A stretch of 64,000 bases of DNA from the IMG/VR virus record IMGVR_UViG_3300026094_000002; one strand, 5' to 3'. Position numbers and translations under genes: made by a program. The notes under the pieces were generated by a model that ran no database searches, was not told the origin of the DNA, and worked only from the letters and a program-made list of their open reading frames with translations. Shown piece by piece: positions 1-9,794 of this stretch. Each line of letters opens with the position of its first letter. Positions within the stretch are counted from its first letter, which is position 1. This DNA comes from a virus. Lineage: Duplodnaviria; Caudoviricetes.

Positions 1-350
1 GTAAGATGATGTAACAATTGATCAAAACCAATCCAGTTCCAAAACCCTTTTTCTTGCGGAGTGAATTGCTTTGACATCTGCATTTTGCCCCAATCAATAT
101 GATAATGCACGAAAAACTCTATTGCTGCTATAGCAAACATTACAGTGTATTCAACGGGGAATACGAGATAATCAAATGCCACCAACACAGCAAATGTCAT
201 AACAGCATGGATAAGAGAATGATATATTCCACCCTTTTTACCATAATGACCTTTTTCTACTACCATTTGATAGTTTTGCAGCGGATAATCTGCAACGAAA
301 TGCTTGATTTGAAATGCAAGCAACAGAATAAAAGCATATTCTAAATTCAT
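1..350 (-). CDS. DUF3307-family membrane protein (runs off the window edge; not in the ORF track)
   Basis: Manual translation MNLEYAFILLLAFQIKHFVADYPLQN...HYHIDWGK...FWNWIGFDQLLHHL; His-rich KHF.AD / H..ID / DQ.LH motifs. Confidence 0.8.
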   Translation of the reverse strand, partial: MNLEYAFILLLAFQIKHFVADYPLQNYQMVVEKGHYGKKGGIYHSLIHAVMTFAVLVAFDYLVFPVEYTVMFAIAAIEFFVHYHIDWGKMQMSKQFTPQEKGFWNWIGFDQLLHHL

Positions 351-418
351 AGGTACCTATTGATTTTGAGATTTAGTAGTAAGGAGGCACTTCCTTGTGC
401 CCCTCTTACTTATGTTTT

Positions 419-694
419 TTACATACTCCAGTATGATTCGCTTGAGGGTGAGCAATAATGAGGCGTGTCATACCGCTCTTTGAACTCTTTGCCCGACATA
501 AAATTAGTGCGGGTTACCCAAGTTACATGCTGCTCAATACGATAAGATGGTGCTGGAAACTTTTCAGAGATTTCGTTTTGTGCCTTAACAACACCGGCGT
601 CCGAATCTCCGCAGTCAACCGTGACCTCTTTCAGAAACCGCTCACCTGCTTTGGTGCGACCATCTTTTTTATAGATTTCAAAGGTGTATTCCAT
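419..694 (-). CDS. hypothetical phage protein
   Basis: 91-aa ORF with GAGAG RBS-like sequence and early promoter upstream. Confidence 0.7.
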   Translation of the reverse strand: MEYTFEIYKKDGRTKAGERFLKEVTVDCGDSDAGVVKAQNEISEKFPAPSYRIEQHVTWVTRTNFMSGKEFKERYDTPHYCSPSSESYWSM

Positions 695-767
695 CTTTCC
701 GCTCTCTTTGCCATAAGTTGGACTACAGTATAGGGGAGAGTGGGGGGTGTGTCAACCCACGATCTTC

Positions 768-989
768 TTACTCTACCTCCATAGGAATAACTTCGTAGAA
801 GTCGTAGAGTGAGTTTTCGCTCAGGATCCTCTCGCCGTACTCCTTGGCCTTGTTCTCATCTCTGAACGACTTTGCATCGTCCTTCCACATGCCTTCCAAG
901 TTGTATCCGAATAGTACTAGGTAAATCATTCTGTTTATCCTCTTTGCTCTAACTGTGTACAGTATATGCTCTTGAGTAGAGTGTGTCAA
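768..989 (-). CDS. hypothetical protein
   Basis: ORF track; co-oriented with neighbours; true start probably downstream. Confidence 0.5.
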   Translation of the reverse strand: MTHSTQEHILYTVRAKRINRMIYLVLFGYNLEGMWKDDAKSFRDENKAKEYGERILSENSLYDFYEVIPMEVE

Positions 990-1239
990 CCCCTGTCTCT
1001 AACATACCCTCTACCGCCTCTATAGCGGCTAGACCGTTGACATCACACTTATACATTTCGTGGAAAGTGTCAATCTGTTCTTCTGTAAGTTCTTCGCCAG
1101 TATCTGTGAATCGTGCATTTTCAATATACGCATCACAGAGTTCCGGGTAGTCTCGCATATCAATTCCACCAAAACTAACAATTTCAACTTCACGTTCATT
1201 CAATTTCATTTTCAAGTCCTCTTGTTTAATAGTGTCCAT
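949..1239 (-). CDS. hypothetical acidic phage protein
   Basis: ORF track; promoter at 1245-1273. Confidence 0.65.
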   Translation of the reverse strand: MDTIKQEDLKMKLNEREVEIVSFGGIDMRDYPELCDAYIENARFTDTGEELTEEQIDTFHEMYKCDVNGLAAIEAVEGMLETGVDTLYSRAYTVHS

Positions 1240-1244
1240 ACAGC

Positions 1245-1273
1245 ATTGTATGATTGTAGTCTAAGAATGTCAA
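1245..1273 (-). promoter_or_regulatory. sigma70-type early promoter
   Basis: TTGACA (1268-1273), 17 nt spacer, TACAAT (1245-1250). Similar TTGACA boxes precede many minus-strand gene blocks. Confidence 0.75.
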
Positions 1274-1293
1274 TCCTTTGAATGTTATTCTTT

Positions 1294-1548
1294 TTACTTT
1301 GAGAAAAAGTTTTCCATTGCCGCGAGAGCATCGTTGACGTTATCGCACTTGACCACATTTCGTTTACTGTCATTGTAGTCAGTCAGTTCCTGACGAGTAA
1401 TGCTGTTGTCACGATAATAAAGGTGGGCTGCGTCTGTGGCATCAACGTATGCCTCTTCACTGCCTGTATTGTTCTCCCAGTAATACTCTGCTTCCTGAGC
1501 ATCGCGGGCAAGATTGAGGTAATTTTCAATGATTTGATTGCGATCCAT
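1294..1548 (-). CDS. hypothetical protein
   Basis: 84-aa ORF with AGGA RBS. Confidence 0.7.
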   Translation of the reverse strand: MDRNQIIENYLNLARDAQEAEYYWENNTGSEEAYVDATDAAHLYYRDNSITRQELTDYNDSKRNVVKCDNVNDALAAMENFFSK

Positions 1549-1619
1549 GATATATTTCCTTTCTTTGCCAAAAGTTCACTTGTAGTATAGGCACACTGAT
1601 TGATTATGTCAATAGTCTT

Positions 1620-1820
1620 TCAATCTACAAATTCTTCTTGATAATAAAGTTCTTCTTCTTGAAGACGAGCCATATTGTCCTCCATCAACTGTAACTCTTG
1701 ATATAGAGCGTTAAGTTCGCAATCAAGTTCAATAAAATCGGGGTCTATAGGAGAAAGCCCCTGCATTTTTACTTTAATGTTCTCAATCATTTTTTCAATT
1801 TCACTAGGTGTAAAATACAT
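1620..1820 (-). CDS. hypothetical acidic coiled-coil protein
   Basis: ORF coupled to the upstream gene. Confidence 0.6.
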   Translation of the reverse strand: MYFTPSEIEKMIENIKVKMQGLSPIDPDFIELDCELNALYQELQLMEDNMARLQEEELYYQEEFVD

Positions 1821-2652
1821 CGTTGTTCTCCGTGTCTGTTTCCTTTTTAAGTGTTTTCACAACATGTGCATAATGCATATTTTTTACTACACCATGCTGC
1901 ATTTTTGCCGATTCTAGAACTATCTTTGCCCATTTAGCCCTAATATTAGGTTCTGTTTGTAATAAATTTTCAAACTCTTTGTCATTTATGTTAAAACTAT
2001 TAAACCCACTTTGATATTTGCCAAATGATTTTAATAGTTGATCTTCGTCAAAACCAGTTTTTGAAATTTTTTCTATCGCAGCAACGCATTCCAATGCCCG
2101 TTCTTGTTCAGTTTTTGCATTTAAATGTTTTTTCTCGTTACTGAGATACCTTAAATTGGCATAGATGTCGTCAATCATTGTTTCCATCTTGGCTCTTAAC
2201 TTAGGCAAAAAGACTTTTTTCATATGAAAATATACACCATGTATGCCTCCAGCAAGTGCATCAAAATCATCAAAATAATATTTCCGCAATTCTTCTTGAG
2301 TAGGTTTTTTTGCCCTAAAATCAGTGCCAAAACTATCTGTCTCTATTGAAAAAAACTTACCTTTCACGCTCATTCCGCGAAGTGCCTCTTTGGCACCACG
2401 AACAGACCAATCCCATTGAGGGAATTTACCTGATTTCATGATTAGTTTAGCCCAATAATCTCCTGTTTCTGCAAAAACTTTAGCAGCACCAGTAGTGTCG
2501 CCATTCGGGAGAATATTTACTATAAAAACATCATCATCAAAATCATTAGATTTTGGTTTAGAAATCGCCTTTACTTCTGCATCATGATCGATATTGACTT
2601 TCTTTAAAAGTTTTTTTACAAACTCTTTGGGAATTTCCGATTCAAAAAGCAT
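1804..2652 (-). CDS. hypothetical protein
   Basis: 282-aa ORF, AAGGA RBS. Confidence 0.75.
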   Translation of the reverse strand: MLFESEIPKEFVKKLLKKVNIDHDAEVKAISKPKSNDFDDDVFIVNILPNGDTTGAAKVFAETGDYWAKLIMKSGKFPQWDWSVRGAKEALRGMSVKGKFFSIETDSFGTDFRAKKPTQEELRKYYFDDFDALAGGIHGVYFHMKKVFLPKLRAKMETMIDDIYANLRYLSNEKKHLNAKTEQERALECVAAIEKISKTGFDEDQLLKSFGKYQSGFNSFNINDKEFENLLQTEPNIRAKWAKIVLESAKMQHGVVKNMHYAHVVKTLKKETDTENNDVFYT

Positions 2653-2683
2653 TGTTAAAATTCCTTGTTCTTAACTTCACATC

Positions 2684-2968
2684 TCATGCTCGTTCTTTTA
2701 GCGGTCTATCTGTGAGTCTTTCAGCCACCCACCGGTGAGACAGAGATTTTTTCCAATCTTTACTACTCCACTCGAAAGTGGGGGCTACCGCCGACTTCAT
2801 TTCTTCCGCAAAGCCTGACCACACACTTTCTTTTATGGTAGTCCATACCAAATCTGGTTCATCTAAATCTGGTTCTGCATCATACCAGCAAGCCATACCA
2901 TCAGCATCCATTGCCCAACACTGGGCCCATTCTGGAGCATGATCCCAATCAACATTTGGATTACTCAT
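2684..2968 (-). CDS. Trp-rich small phage protein
   Basis: DWDHAPEWAQCWAMDADGMACWY resembles a recurrent phage hypothetical family. Confidence 0.7.
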   Translation of the reverse strand: MSNPNVDWDHAPEWAQCWAMDADGMACWYDAEPDLDEPDLVWTTIKESVWSGFAEEMKSAVAPTFEWSSKDWKKSLSHRWVAERLTDRPLKERA

Positions 2969-3036
2969 CTCTGTTCTCTCTATTTTCTAAAAACGACCCT
3001 AGGGTATAGACAATTTTAAAAGATGTCAAGAAAAAT

Positions 3037-3273
3037 TTATGTCTTTTGCGGAAACTCAATGACGTTCTCACCATCATTGAGTAAGTTTTGACGTTGAATT
3101 TCTAATTGAGCAATTTGTTCTTTAAGTTCTTTTATCTCAGGAGAGACATCGTCAAAGTCAACTAATCCTCCGTCATCAGGAACAAGTGGTTCATTGTCTT
3201 GTTCCCAGAGTCGTTGCTCAATTCGCTCAACTGCTTTTTCAAGGCGGGTTAAACGGTCATTGAAGTTAGCCAT
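3037..3273 (-). CDS. hypothetical coiled-coil protein
   Basis: ORF track; heptad-like pattern. Confidence 0.7.
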   Translation of the reverse strand: MANFNDRLTRLEKAVERIEQRLWEQDNEPLVPDDGGLVDFDDVSPEIKELKEQIAQLEIQRQNLLNDGENVIEFPQKT

Positions 3274-3296
3274 TTTGTCACCTACAAAGTTTTCTG

Positions 3297-3725
3297 TTAT
3301 TGAATTTCTGTAAAAGTGCCAAACCCAAGTCGTGAGTCTGGATTTGTTATGTGTGTTCTGACAACCATTTCGTCATTGTCATTGTATTTTATTAGCCAGT
3401 GTGAATAGGTGGGTATCCAAAAACATATATTAGTAATGGTACTCATCATTCTTTCTGGATAATCATATAATGCATACTGCTCGGCTAATTTTTTATCTCC
3501 TTGAATCAAATACCAAGTATGCCAACGCTTGAAGTATTCTTTTGTTAATATAAAAAAATCAACATGCCAGCGGTCTGTGAACCATTCAGGAAGATTTTCC
3601 CAGTCATACTCGCGGATAATCTGTTCTCGGGGCTGGCGTTTTTCTAATCTGGCTTTATGAGCGGTTTTTAAATCATAGGGTTCATAAAGACGATTAAATG
3701 TTGATTTGGCTTTTTGGAGAAGCAT
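3297..3725 (-). CDS. hypothetical protein
   Basis: ORF track; tight packing. Confidence 0.7.
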   Translation of the reverse strand: MLLQKAKSTFNRLYEPYDLKTAHKARLEKRQPREQIIREYDWENLPEWFTDRWHVDFFILTKEYFKRWHTWYLIQGDKKLAEQYALYDYPERMMSTITNICFWIPTYSHWLIKYNDNDEMVVRTHITNPDSRLGFGTFTEIQ

Positions 3726-3726
3726 T

Positions 3727-4029
3727 TCAAGTATTGCTGTCTCTCTTTTTAATTTTAATCATCTTGCCTTCCCAGAATAGGGCAATATAGATATCTTTGT
3801 CATCATAGAATTCTATACTGCCATCAAAATCTGGCACGGCTTCCCACTTTTCTGAGATGGGCTTTAGATAACCGCCAAGAATCGCGTCATCATCATTGAC
3901 CCACACACGCTCGACATTTTTAAGCCATAGTTCATCACCACGGATTTCATATGTATCTAAACACTGCACGGGAGTATCTTTAGTCTGATATTCTTTGCCT
4001 TCATAATAAATCCTATCAAACATTCCCAT
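3727..4029 (-). CDS. conserved phage hypothetical protein
   Basis: MGMFDRI...YQTKD...GSIEFY pattern. Confidence 0.75.
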   Translation of the reverse strand: MGMFDRIYYEGKEYQTKDTPVQCLDTYEIRGDELWLKNVERVWVNDDDAILGGYLKPISEKWEAVPDFDGSIEFYDDKDIYIALFWEGKMIKIKKRDSNT

Positions 4030-4046
4030 GATGAATACTCCTGTGT

Positions 4047-4238
4047 TTAGTAATTGTTGTCGTCATCTAAATCAAGGTCTTGGTCTGCCCACGCAGCCTG
4101 AACGGCTTCATGACGAGTGTCAAATGGTCCGTTTGGGATTTCAATATCATCAACCCAATACCATTTTTCATCTTCCTCAATCATTTTAACGCCAACTGGC
4201 GGTTGTGCACGGTTGCTATTATAAAGCATGTCACCCAT
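4047..4238 (-). CDS. hypothetical protein
   Basis: 63-aa acidic ORF. Confidence 0.6.
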   Translation of the reverse strand: MGDMLYNSNRAQPPVGVKMIEEDEKWYWVDDIEIPNGPFDTRHEAVQAAWADQDLDLDDDNNY

Positions 4239-4294
4239 TGTAGTTTTTCACCTCCAAAAAATATTTATCGAATTCTATAATAGCAACCACAGAT

Positions 4295-4567
4295 TTAATA
4301 GATGGCATATTCTGGGTTGGGTTCAAATTCAAAGTTAGTTACTGAATCTACCCGGAATGAACGCCATTCATACTTTTCCATGTCAAATACACGGATGACC
4401 TCTGGGTTATCTTTTACAGCGGATTCGCTGACTGGTCGCATGTAGTCTGGAATATTTCGCATTTCAAGGGTGCAAAGCATCTCACGAGTATCACCATTCT
4501 TTTTGGTGAAAGTTACTCGGTAAGCACCCTCACGAAGATTTGCAAGCATGGATTCACGGTTTGTCAT
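4295..4567 (-). CDS. WYL_2/SH3-like phage protein
   Basis: VTFTKKNGDTREMLCTL...VFDMEKYEWRSFRVDSV signature. Confidence 0.75.
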   Translation of the reverse strand: MTNRESMLANLREGAYRVTFTKKNGDTREMLCTLEMRNIPDYMRPVSESAVKDNPEVIRVFDMEKYEWRSFRVDSVTNFEFEPNPEYAIY

Positions 4568-4600
4568 TTTGGTTTCTCCAAATTTGTTTAACGAAGTTTG

Positions 4601-4629
4601 AATGTATCAGCATTCCTATAGCGTGTCAA
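4601..4629 (-). promoter_or_regulatory. sigma70-type early promoter
   Basis: TTGACA (4624-4629), 17 nt spacer, TACATT (4601-4606). Confidence 0.7.
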
Positions 4630-4640
4630 GAGATAAATTG

Positions 4641-5273
4641 TTAATCTAAACTAACAATACGATTATCATCTTCAAGCGTTGCCGGATCTACCCAAGAGTA
4701 ACTATGAGAAATGTGATTTACGCCACGAACAAGTTCATTTTTTAGAATACCCATGGTAGTTGCTTCTTCTCTCCACGGTTTAAAGTGTGTCCAGTCATCC
4801 TCAAAAAAACACATTTCCCATGTATATACAAGTGGACTTGTTAAATTGTTTTTAATACAATACGCAAATATTTCAGTCCAAGGGCTAAGTTCCCATCTGA
4901 ATCCATTGTTCATTGTGCCGTTTTCTATATGGACAAGTGAATTTTTTGTAGCCTTGTTAATCGGGCAGTATTTTTTGGGATAGTCGCCCAACCATAATAA
5001 CTTATCAACGCGTATACTCAATGACCCATAAAATCCGGGATAATACTTTAGTGTGTCAGGTTGGTTCTCTAAAAAATCAACGCCATTAACAGGAGAACAG
5101 TTCCTATTCGGGATTGCCGCAGTTGAGATAAACTCCCAAAAAAATCCTTGAACCTTGATTGCAGGTAGTGCGAGTTTAATATTCTCAATGACACACTTTG
5201 CCAGATAATCTGGAGTTGTTGGCTCTCCAAACTTCTGAACAAACCTGTCTTTTATTTCGGATTTTGTAGTCAT
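4641..5273 (-). CDS. hypothetical protein
   Basis: 210-aa ORF. Confidence 0.7.
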   Translation of the reverse strand: MTTKSEIKDRFVQKFGEPTTPDYLAKCVIENIKLALPAIKVQGFFWEFISTAAIPNRNCSPVNGVDFLENQPDTLKYYPGFYGSLSIRVDKLLWLGDYPKKYCPINKATKNSLVHIENGTMNNGFRWELSPWTEIFAYCIKNNLTSPLVYTWEMCFFEDDWTHFKPWREEATTMGILKNELVRGVNHISHSYSWVDPATLEDDNRIVSLD

Positions 5274-5312
5274 AAAAATAATTTACGACAAAAGTGAGAA
5301 AATGTCAAATGG

Positions 5313-5915
5313 TTATAGTTTTGTTACTTTCTCATATGGAAGAACATCAAAGTCCTCTGCATAATACTCATTAATAAGTTTCAAGGACTTGGAATTAATA
5401 TGTGCAAATGGATCTGGGTCTCTGGCGAGAACTGTTCTACCACCAACTAATGTTGTGGAATTTACTCTTGGCAAATCTTCATCACCGGTAATAAATGGAA
5501 GGTCTTTAAACTGTTCGTTTAGTTTTTCATTACGCAGCAAACAGTCAAACCGGTTATGCTTTAGATAATCATTTTGCTTTGATAATAAATTATTTTTACG
5601 GTCTGTCTTGAGCATGTAGGACAGTAAATCTTCTAATTTATCTGAACCTGCCAATACTCTAAAATCATCGCCCAAATATGTTTTTTCTGTGCTTAACTCT
5701 CTTTTACAAGTAGCCCACCACATAGAAACTACTCTATCATATGGGTTTCTAATTACCGTAAATGAATAAAAGTGTTTGAACTCATCCGGTATTACAGTAT
5801 GATGGTCTTTATATACTTCACCATCATAATGCTTTTTTAAAACTGTATATACCGATCTCGTTCCTGTTTTAGGAATAGCAGTAAAAACAAATTTATGTTT
5901 ATGAGAGATTAACAT
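5313..5915 (-). CDS. sulfotransferase family 2 protein
   Basis: 5'-PSB-like IPKTGTRS and 3'-PB-like IRNPYDRVVS motifs. Confidence 0.85.
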   Translation of the reverse strand: MLISHKHKFVFTAIPKTGTRSVYTVLKKHYDGEVYKDHHTVIPDEFKHFYSFTVIRNPYDRVVSMWWATCKRELSTEKTYLGDDFRVLAGSDKLEDLLSYMLKTDRKNNLLSKQNDYLKHNRFDCLLRNEKLNEQFKDLPFITGDEDLPRVNSTTLVGGRTVLARDPDPFAHINSKSLKLINEYYAEDFDVLPYEKVTKL

Positions 5916-5941
5916 TTCGGCTTATTTAGTAAGTATTATCT

Positions 5942-6679
5942 TTACTCAAAGTCAAAAAAATCTGATAGTTTTTCAGAATCTATTCTTTTTTTGGCGACAG
6001 CAAAGTAATCGGAGTCTAACTCAATACCTGTGAAATTACGACCGGTGGTGACACAAGCAACACCCGTGGTGCCGCTACCCATTGTATTATCTAAAACAGT
6101 ATCACCCAAATCAGTGTATGTTTTGACTAGATATTGCATTAGTTCTAATGGTTTTTGTGTTGGGTGCAATCCTTTATCTTGTTTACATTTAATAATTGTT
6201 TTGGGATATCTTGAACCATCTGGATTGTCTCTGTGCTTTGATTTTGCACTATTATACACCTCACCAATCTTTGCCGTTTCGGAAGAAAAACCAGAGTATG
6301 GTGTGCTATACCACATTTGAGGATTGTATGTTGGTTTTTTACGGTAGAAAACCGCAATATTCTCGTGGTTCTTCAACGGCATAACTTTTGCACACATTGG
6401 ATTTGTTCCCTGTGGTTTTTCCCAAATCCATTCATAACGGTAGTCGTTGATGTTAGATGCAATCAATGTTGTCGTAAATGGTTGAACACTTGTAAAGACC
6501 ATTGCTGCATTTTCTTTGCACACTCTGTAATAATGTTCCCACAATTTATCGAATGGAATTATACTGTCCCATTTACATGCGGTTGTTCCATAAGGAAGAT
6601 CAACCAAAACCATGTCAATTGAATTATCTGGAATTTCTGCCATCATTTCCAGACATTCACCTTGCATCAAATTTACCAT
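5942..6679 (-). CDS. beta-class N6-A/N4-C DNA methyltransferase (M1)
   Basis: Motif IV DLPY at the N-terminus; HPTQKP; motif I TMGSGTTG; GIELD. Confidence 0.95.
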   Translation of the reverse strand: MVNLMQGECLEMMAEIPDNSIDMVLVDLPYGTTACKWDSIIPFDKLWEHYYRVCKENAAMVFTSVQPFTTTLIASNINDYRYEWIWEKPQGTNPMCAKVMPLKNHENIAVFYRKKPTYNPQMWYSTPYSGFSSETAKIGEVYNSAKSKHRDNPDGSRYPKTIIKCKQDKGLHPTQKPLELMQYLVKTYTDLGDTVLDNTMGSGTTGVACVTTGRNFTGIELDSDYFAVAKKRIDSEKLSDFFDFE

Positions 6680-7194
6680 TCAGATATATCTCGCATTTCC
6701 TTTGTCAACTCAAAAAGTTTTCTGCTTGCAGTCATCCAATCATCATTGTCCGCACTGTTGCCACCTTGTTGTGGATTAAAATATTTACTCTTTAAAGAAA
6801 TAAAGTCATTTTTAGTCATCCATTTAATTACAGGATTTTTTGGGTCTGAGTTAATACCCACAAATATGAGCCTTTCCCAATCTTTCCCCTCGGCAACATG
6901 ATTCATTGTCCAACAATTATCTTTTATAATACCTTTTTTGTGATCACTGTGGGCAAGAGAGAATTTAATTTCTGTGGGGATTTTGTCAATGATTCTGTCA
7001 TGCCCTGCATTATTATATTTTGACGGTTGAATATCATGGTTTTTTTTCATTCCGCGTTCAACATATCTCTCCCCAAACTCACCTTTTTGTTTATTATCTA
7101 AGTATCTATATCCTTCAAATATAGTACCCGCCCACAAATCATTTAAATTTTCTTTAATATATTTTATATCAACTGCATCTTCAACTAAAAACAT
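6673..7194 (-). CDS. putative PD-(D/E)XK endonuclease
   Basis: GEFGE helix, GHD...TEIKFS catalytic spacing; lies between two MTases. Confidence 0.6.
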   Translation of the reverse strand: MFLVEDAVDIKYIKENLNDLWAGTIFEGYRYLDNKQKGEFGERYVERGMKKNHDIQPSKYNNAGHDRIIDKIPTEIKFSLAHSDHKKGIIKDNCWTMNHVAEGKDWERLIFVGINSDPKNPVIKWMTKNDFISLKSKYFNPQQGGNSADNDDWMTASRKLFELTKEMRDISEW

Positions 7195-7227
7195 AACTCT
7201 CCATAATTATTAAATTTTCATCATTTT

Positions 7228-7992
7228 TTACTCAAAGTCAAAGAAATTTGATAGATTGTCTGATCCAATTCTTGCTCTGGCAATCTCAACATATTCAGGA
7301 TCAAGTTCAATACCGATAAAATTTCGATTGAGGTTCGACGCCGCCACGCCGGTAGTTCCAGATCCCATTGTAAAATCCAAAATTGTATCGCCTTCGTCTG
7401 TATAAGTTTTGATAAGATATTCCATCAAAGCCACAGGTTTTTGGGTTGGGTGTAAACCAACTTCGGTGTTAAACTTTTGCCACGAGGATGGGACACGAAG
7501 ATCTTTCAGATTGTTAGTTTTTCTACCTTCAAAGTCACGATAATTTGACGATTTGGATTCAAATGCTACATTATATTTGACCCTATCAAGCCCCGATCCA
7601 GTCCTTGGCTGCATTTGTTTATTATAAGTCCATTTGCCATTACTGAAAACCAAAACAGATTCATGTTCTTTCATAGGTTCTCTTACTGTATTAGCAAAAT
7701 TGCTTCCTCTATTTTTGATCCAAATCCATTCATGACGAAATTTACTAATATTGGAAGTAATTAAAGTTGAAGTAAATGGTTGCGATGCGGTAAAAACCTT
7801 TGCTGCTGTATGTTCGCAAATATATTCAAGCCTATCCCACATTTTCTCTAAATCAATTACAGAATCCCATTTATTTGAAGTGGTACCATAAGGAAGGTCG
7901 GTTAAGACCATATCAACACAGCATCCGCTTTTTTCGTAAATTAGATCAATGCTCTCAAGACAATCGCCCTGCATTAGTGTTATTTCACTCAT
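7228..7992 (-). CDS. beta-class N6-A/N4-C DNA methyltransferase (M2)
   Basis: DLPY, HPTQKP and FTMGSGTTG motifs. Confidence 0.95.
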   Translation of the reverse strand: MSEITLMQGDCLESIDLIYEKSGCCVDMVLTDLPYGTTSNKWDSVIDLEKMWDRLEYICEHTAAKVFTASQPFTSTLITSNISKFRHEWIWIKNRGSNFANTVREPMKEHESVLVFSNGKWTYNKQMQPRTGSGLDRVKYNVAFESKSSNYRDFEGRKTNNLKDLRVPSSWQKFNTEVGLHPTQKPVALMEYLIKTYTDEGDTILDFTMGSGTTGVAASNLNRNFIGIELDPEYVEIARARIGSDNLSNFFDFE

Positions 7993-8182
7993 CGGTATTA
8001 TCTTTGTTAATGTGGATACCAGTCAAAATTTCATCATCATGATCAATGAATTCTTCTTTGATTGCTATTTTGGCGAGTTCTTCTTCACTAATATAATCCA
8101 TTACTGCTATTGCGATCGTTTCCCAAGTCTCAAATTGGTGGTCAGCAAGTTCAATCATCCTGCCCATTATTTTTCTTGTCAT
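7985..8182 (-). CDS. hypothetical protein
   Basis: 65-aa ORF overlapping the MTase start. Confidence 0.55.
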   Translation of the reverse strand: MTRKIMGRMIELADHQFETWETIAIAVMDYISEEELAKIAIKEEFIDHDDEILTGIHINKDNTDE

Positions 8183-8260
8183 AGATTTAATTTAAAATTC
8201 AAAAATAAAAACCCCCAAGCAGTCCTATAAAGCAACTGACGGGGGCCGTATTAAACTGTA

Positions 8261-8485
8261 TTACGCTACCTGATGGAAGTAAATATCTCCAGCGTCCAAA
8301 TCGTTCAGAATATCTTCATGCTCTTTATACTCTGCAATCGTAAATTCTTCACCGGTATCCACCCACTCTGCATAATCAATATATGCGTCAGCAAAAACAT
8401 CGGCACCCATGATAGCAGCAGCGGCAGCACCGTGACCATCTACTGTGGCAGATACATCAACTTCGCGTCCATTAATAGTAAGCAT
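8261..8485 (-). CDS. hypothetical acidic protein
   Basis: 74-aa ORF with GAGAG RBS. Confidence 0.65.
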   Translation of the reverse strand: MLTINGREVDVSATVDGHGAAAAAIMGADVFADAYIDYAEWVDTGEEFTIAEYKEHEDILNDLDAGDIYFHQVA

Positions 8486-8537
8486 GTTGGATCTCTCTAT
8501 ATTGCTAATAGTGTTTAAGTTTTACAATGAAGAACTT

Positions 8538-8654
8538 TTACTGACAAAGGTCTTCATATTTTGTAGTGTACTTGCGATGCTCTGATTTGTCAAGCCTTTC
8601 TTCTTTGGTAGGCTTTTTGGTGTTAAACACCTTCTTTAAAAAATTGCTAATCAT
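8538..8654 (-). CDS. 38-aa basic peptide (below ORF-track cutoff)
   Basis: MISNFLKKVFNTKKPTKEERLDKSEHRKYTTKYEDLCQ with GGAG RBS. Confidence 0.5.
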   Translation of the reverse strand: MISNFLKKVFNTKKPTKEERLDKSEHRKYTTKYEDLCQ

Positions 8655-8713
8655 TTCCAACTCCTTGGCTTATCTATGCGTATTATATATGATTATAATA
8701 CGGATATCAATAC

Positions 8714-9793
8714 TTATTGTATATTTTGTTTAGTTTTTTCTAAACAATATCTAATAAATTCATCATGTTTATAATCATGAGAACCAGAAAGATACATCAA
8801 ATGATGAAAATTGTGTTCTAGGATAGGCAAACATTCTTTGTAAACAGTTTTTGGGCCTTTATGCAAAATATTTTCTAGTTCATTCAAAATCATTCTTGAT
8901 CTATCTTCAACACGGTGTTCTAAATCATATGATTCATCAATAATCCCATCAAATGTCTTAAACCCTATACTTCGCAAAAAATCTAAGTAACCCATTGTTG
9001 ATAGTATTAAAAAAGGCGTCATTGTGGCAATTGGTTTGATAATTTTTTCTGTTATAAGATATAATTGCTTGTACTCAGTTTCTGGTACTAGTTCAAAAAG
9101 ACTATTATTATATAAATCCATAGATGGGTTTCCATCTTGCCAACCATGAACAGTAGTTTGCTCACCTATCCAATTGTTATGTGCATCTTCGCTGTTGTTG
9201 TGCATAATTATATGAGAATTATCTAAAAGATTGTTCCGTTGTCGTAACTGATTGGCGAGAATTTTTCTATGCGGTCTACAATGTTTAACGACTGTGGTTA
9301 ATAAAAAAAATTTCGAATCATCTCCTTTTTTTATTTTTTCAGATATTGTAGGAAATCTGGAAAAATCATCTGGTAATGGTTTGATATAATTTTTAATATT
9401 TTTAAATGAGTAAAAAAAAGATTTTTTTACAAGATGCGAATCATGTATTAAAAAAATATTAGAAAAAATAATATTTTTATCTATATAAAATAATATTTTC
9501 TTAAATTTCTGCGATGTTAGAAAGATTGTATTATCTATATCTTGATATACCCATAGTTTATTTTTTTTGTTTTTTAAGAACCTGAATATTGATTTAACAC
9601 CGGCATCCGTATTAAATAAATCTTCTAACATATGACAGTCAAATACGACAAGAGCATCGATAAATTCAGGAATTAGGTAACAATTCTCATCATTATCAAA
9701 AAAATTTATATGTTGAAACTTGATTTTATTATTTTCAAATGATTTTAATAAATTTTCTTTGTTATCAGTGTCTGCTTGGACAAGTATTTCCAT
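8714..9793 (-). CDS. glycosyltransferase-like protein (paralog 1)
   Basis: C-terminal ET...TEKIIKP...PF...GFKTFDGIIDESYD; start reassigned to 9793 because a separate small ORF occupies 9795-9944. Confidence 0.6.
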   Translation of the reverse strand: MEILVQADTDNKENLLKSFENNKIKFQHINFFDNDENCYLIPEFIDALVVFDCHMLEDLFNTDAGVKSIFRFLKNKKNKLWVYQDIDNTIFLTSQKFKKILFYIDKNIIFSNIFLIHDSHLVKKSFFYSFKNIKNYIKPLPDDFSRFPTISEKIKKGDDSKFFLLTTVVKHCRPHRKILANQLRQRNNLLDNSHIIMHNNSEDAHNNWIGEQTTVHGWQDGNPSMDLYNNSLFELVPETEYKQLYLITEKIIKPIATMTPFLILSTMGYLDFLRSIGFKTFDGIIDESYDLEHRVEDRSRMILNELENILHKGPKTVYKECLPILEHNFHHLMYLSGSHDYKHDEFIRYCLEKTKQNIQ

Positions 9794-9794
9794 C

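Noticed and set aside
720-992. Repeated gtgtgtcaaccc sequences as a repeat element
   Set aside because: They are the -35 boxes of recurring early promoters (also near 30750 and 44981), not a separate repeat family.
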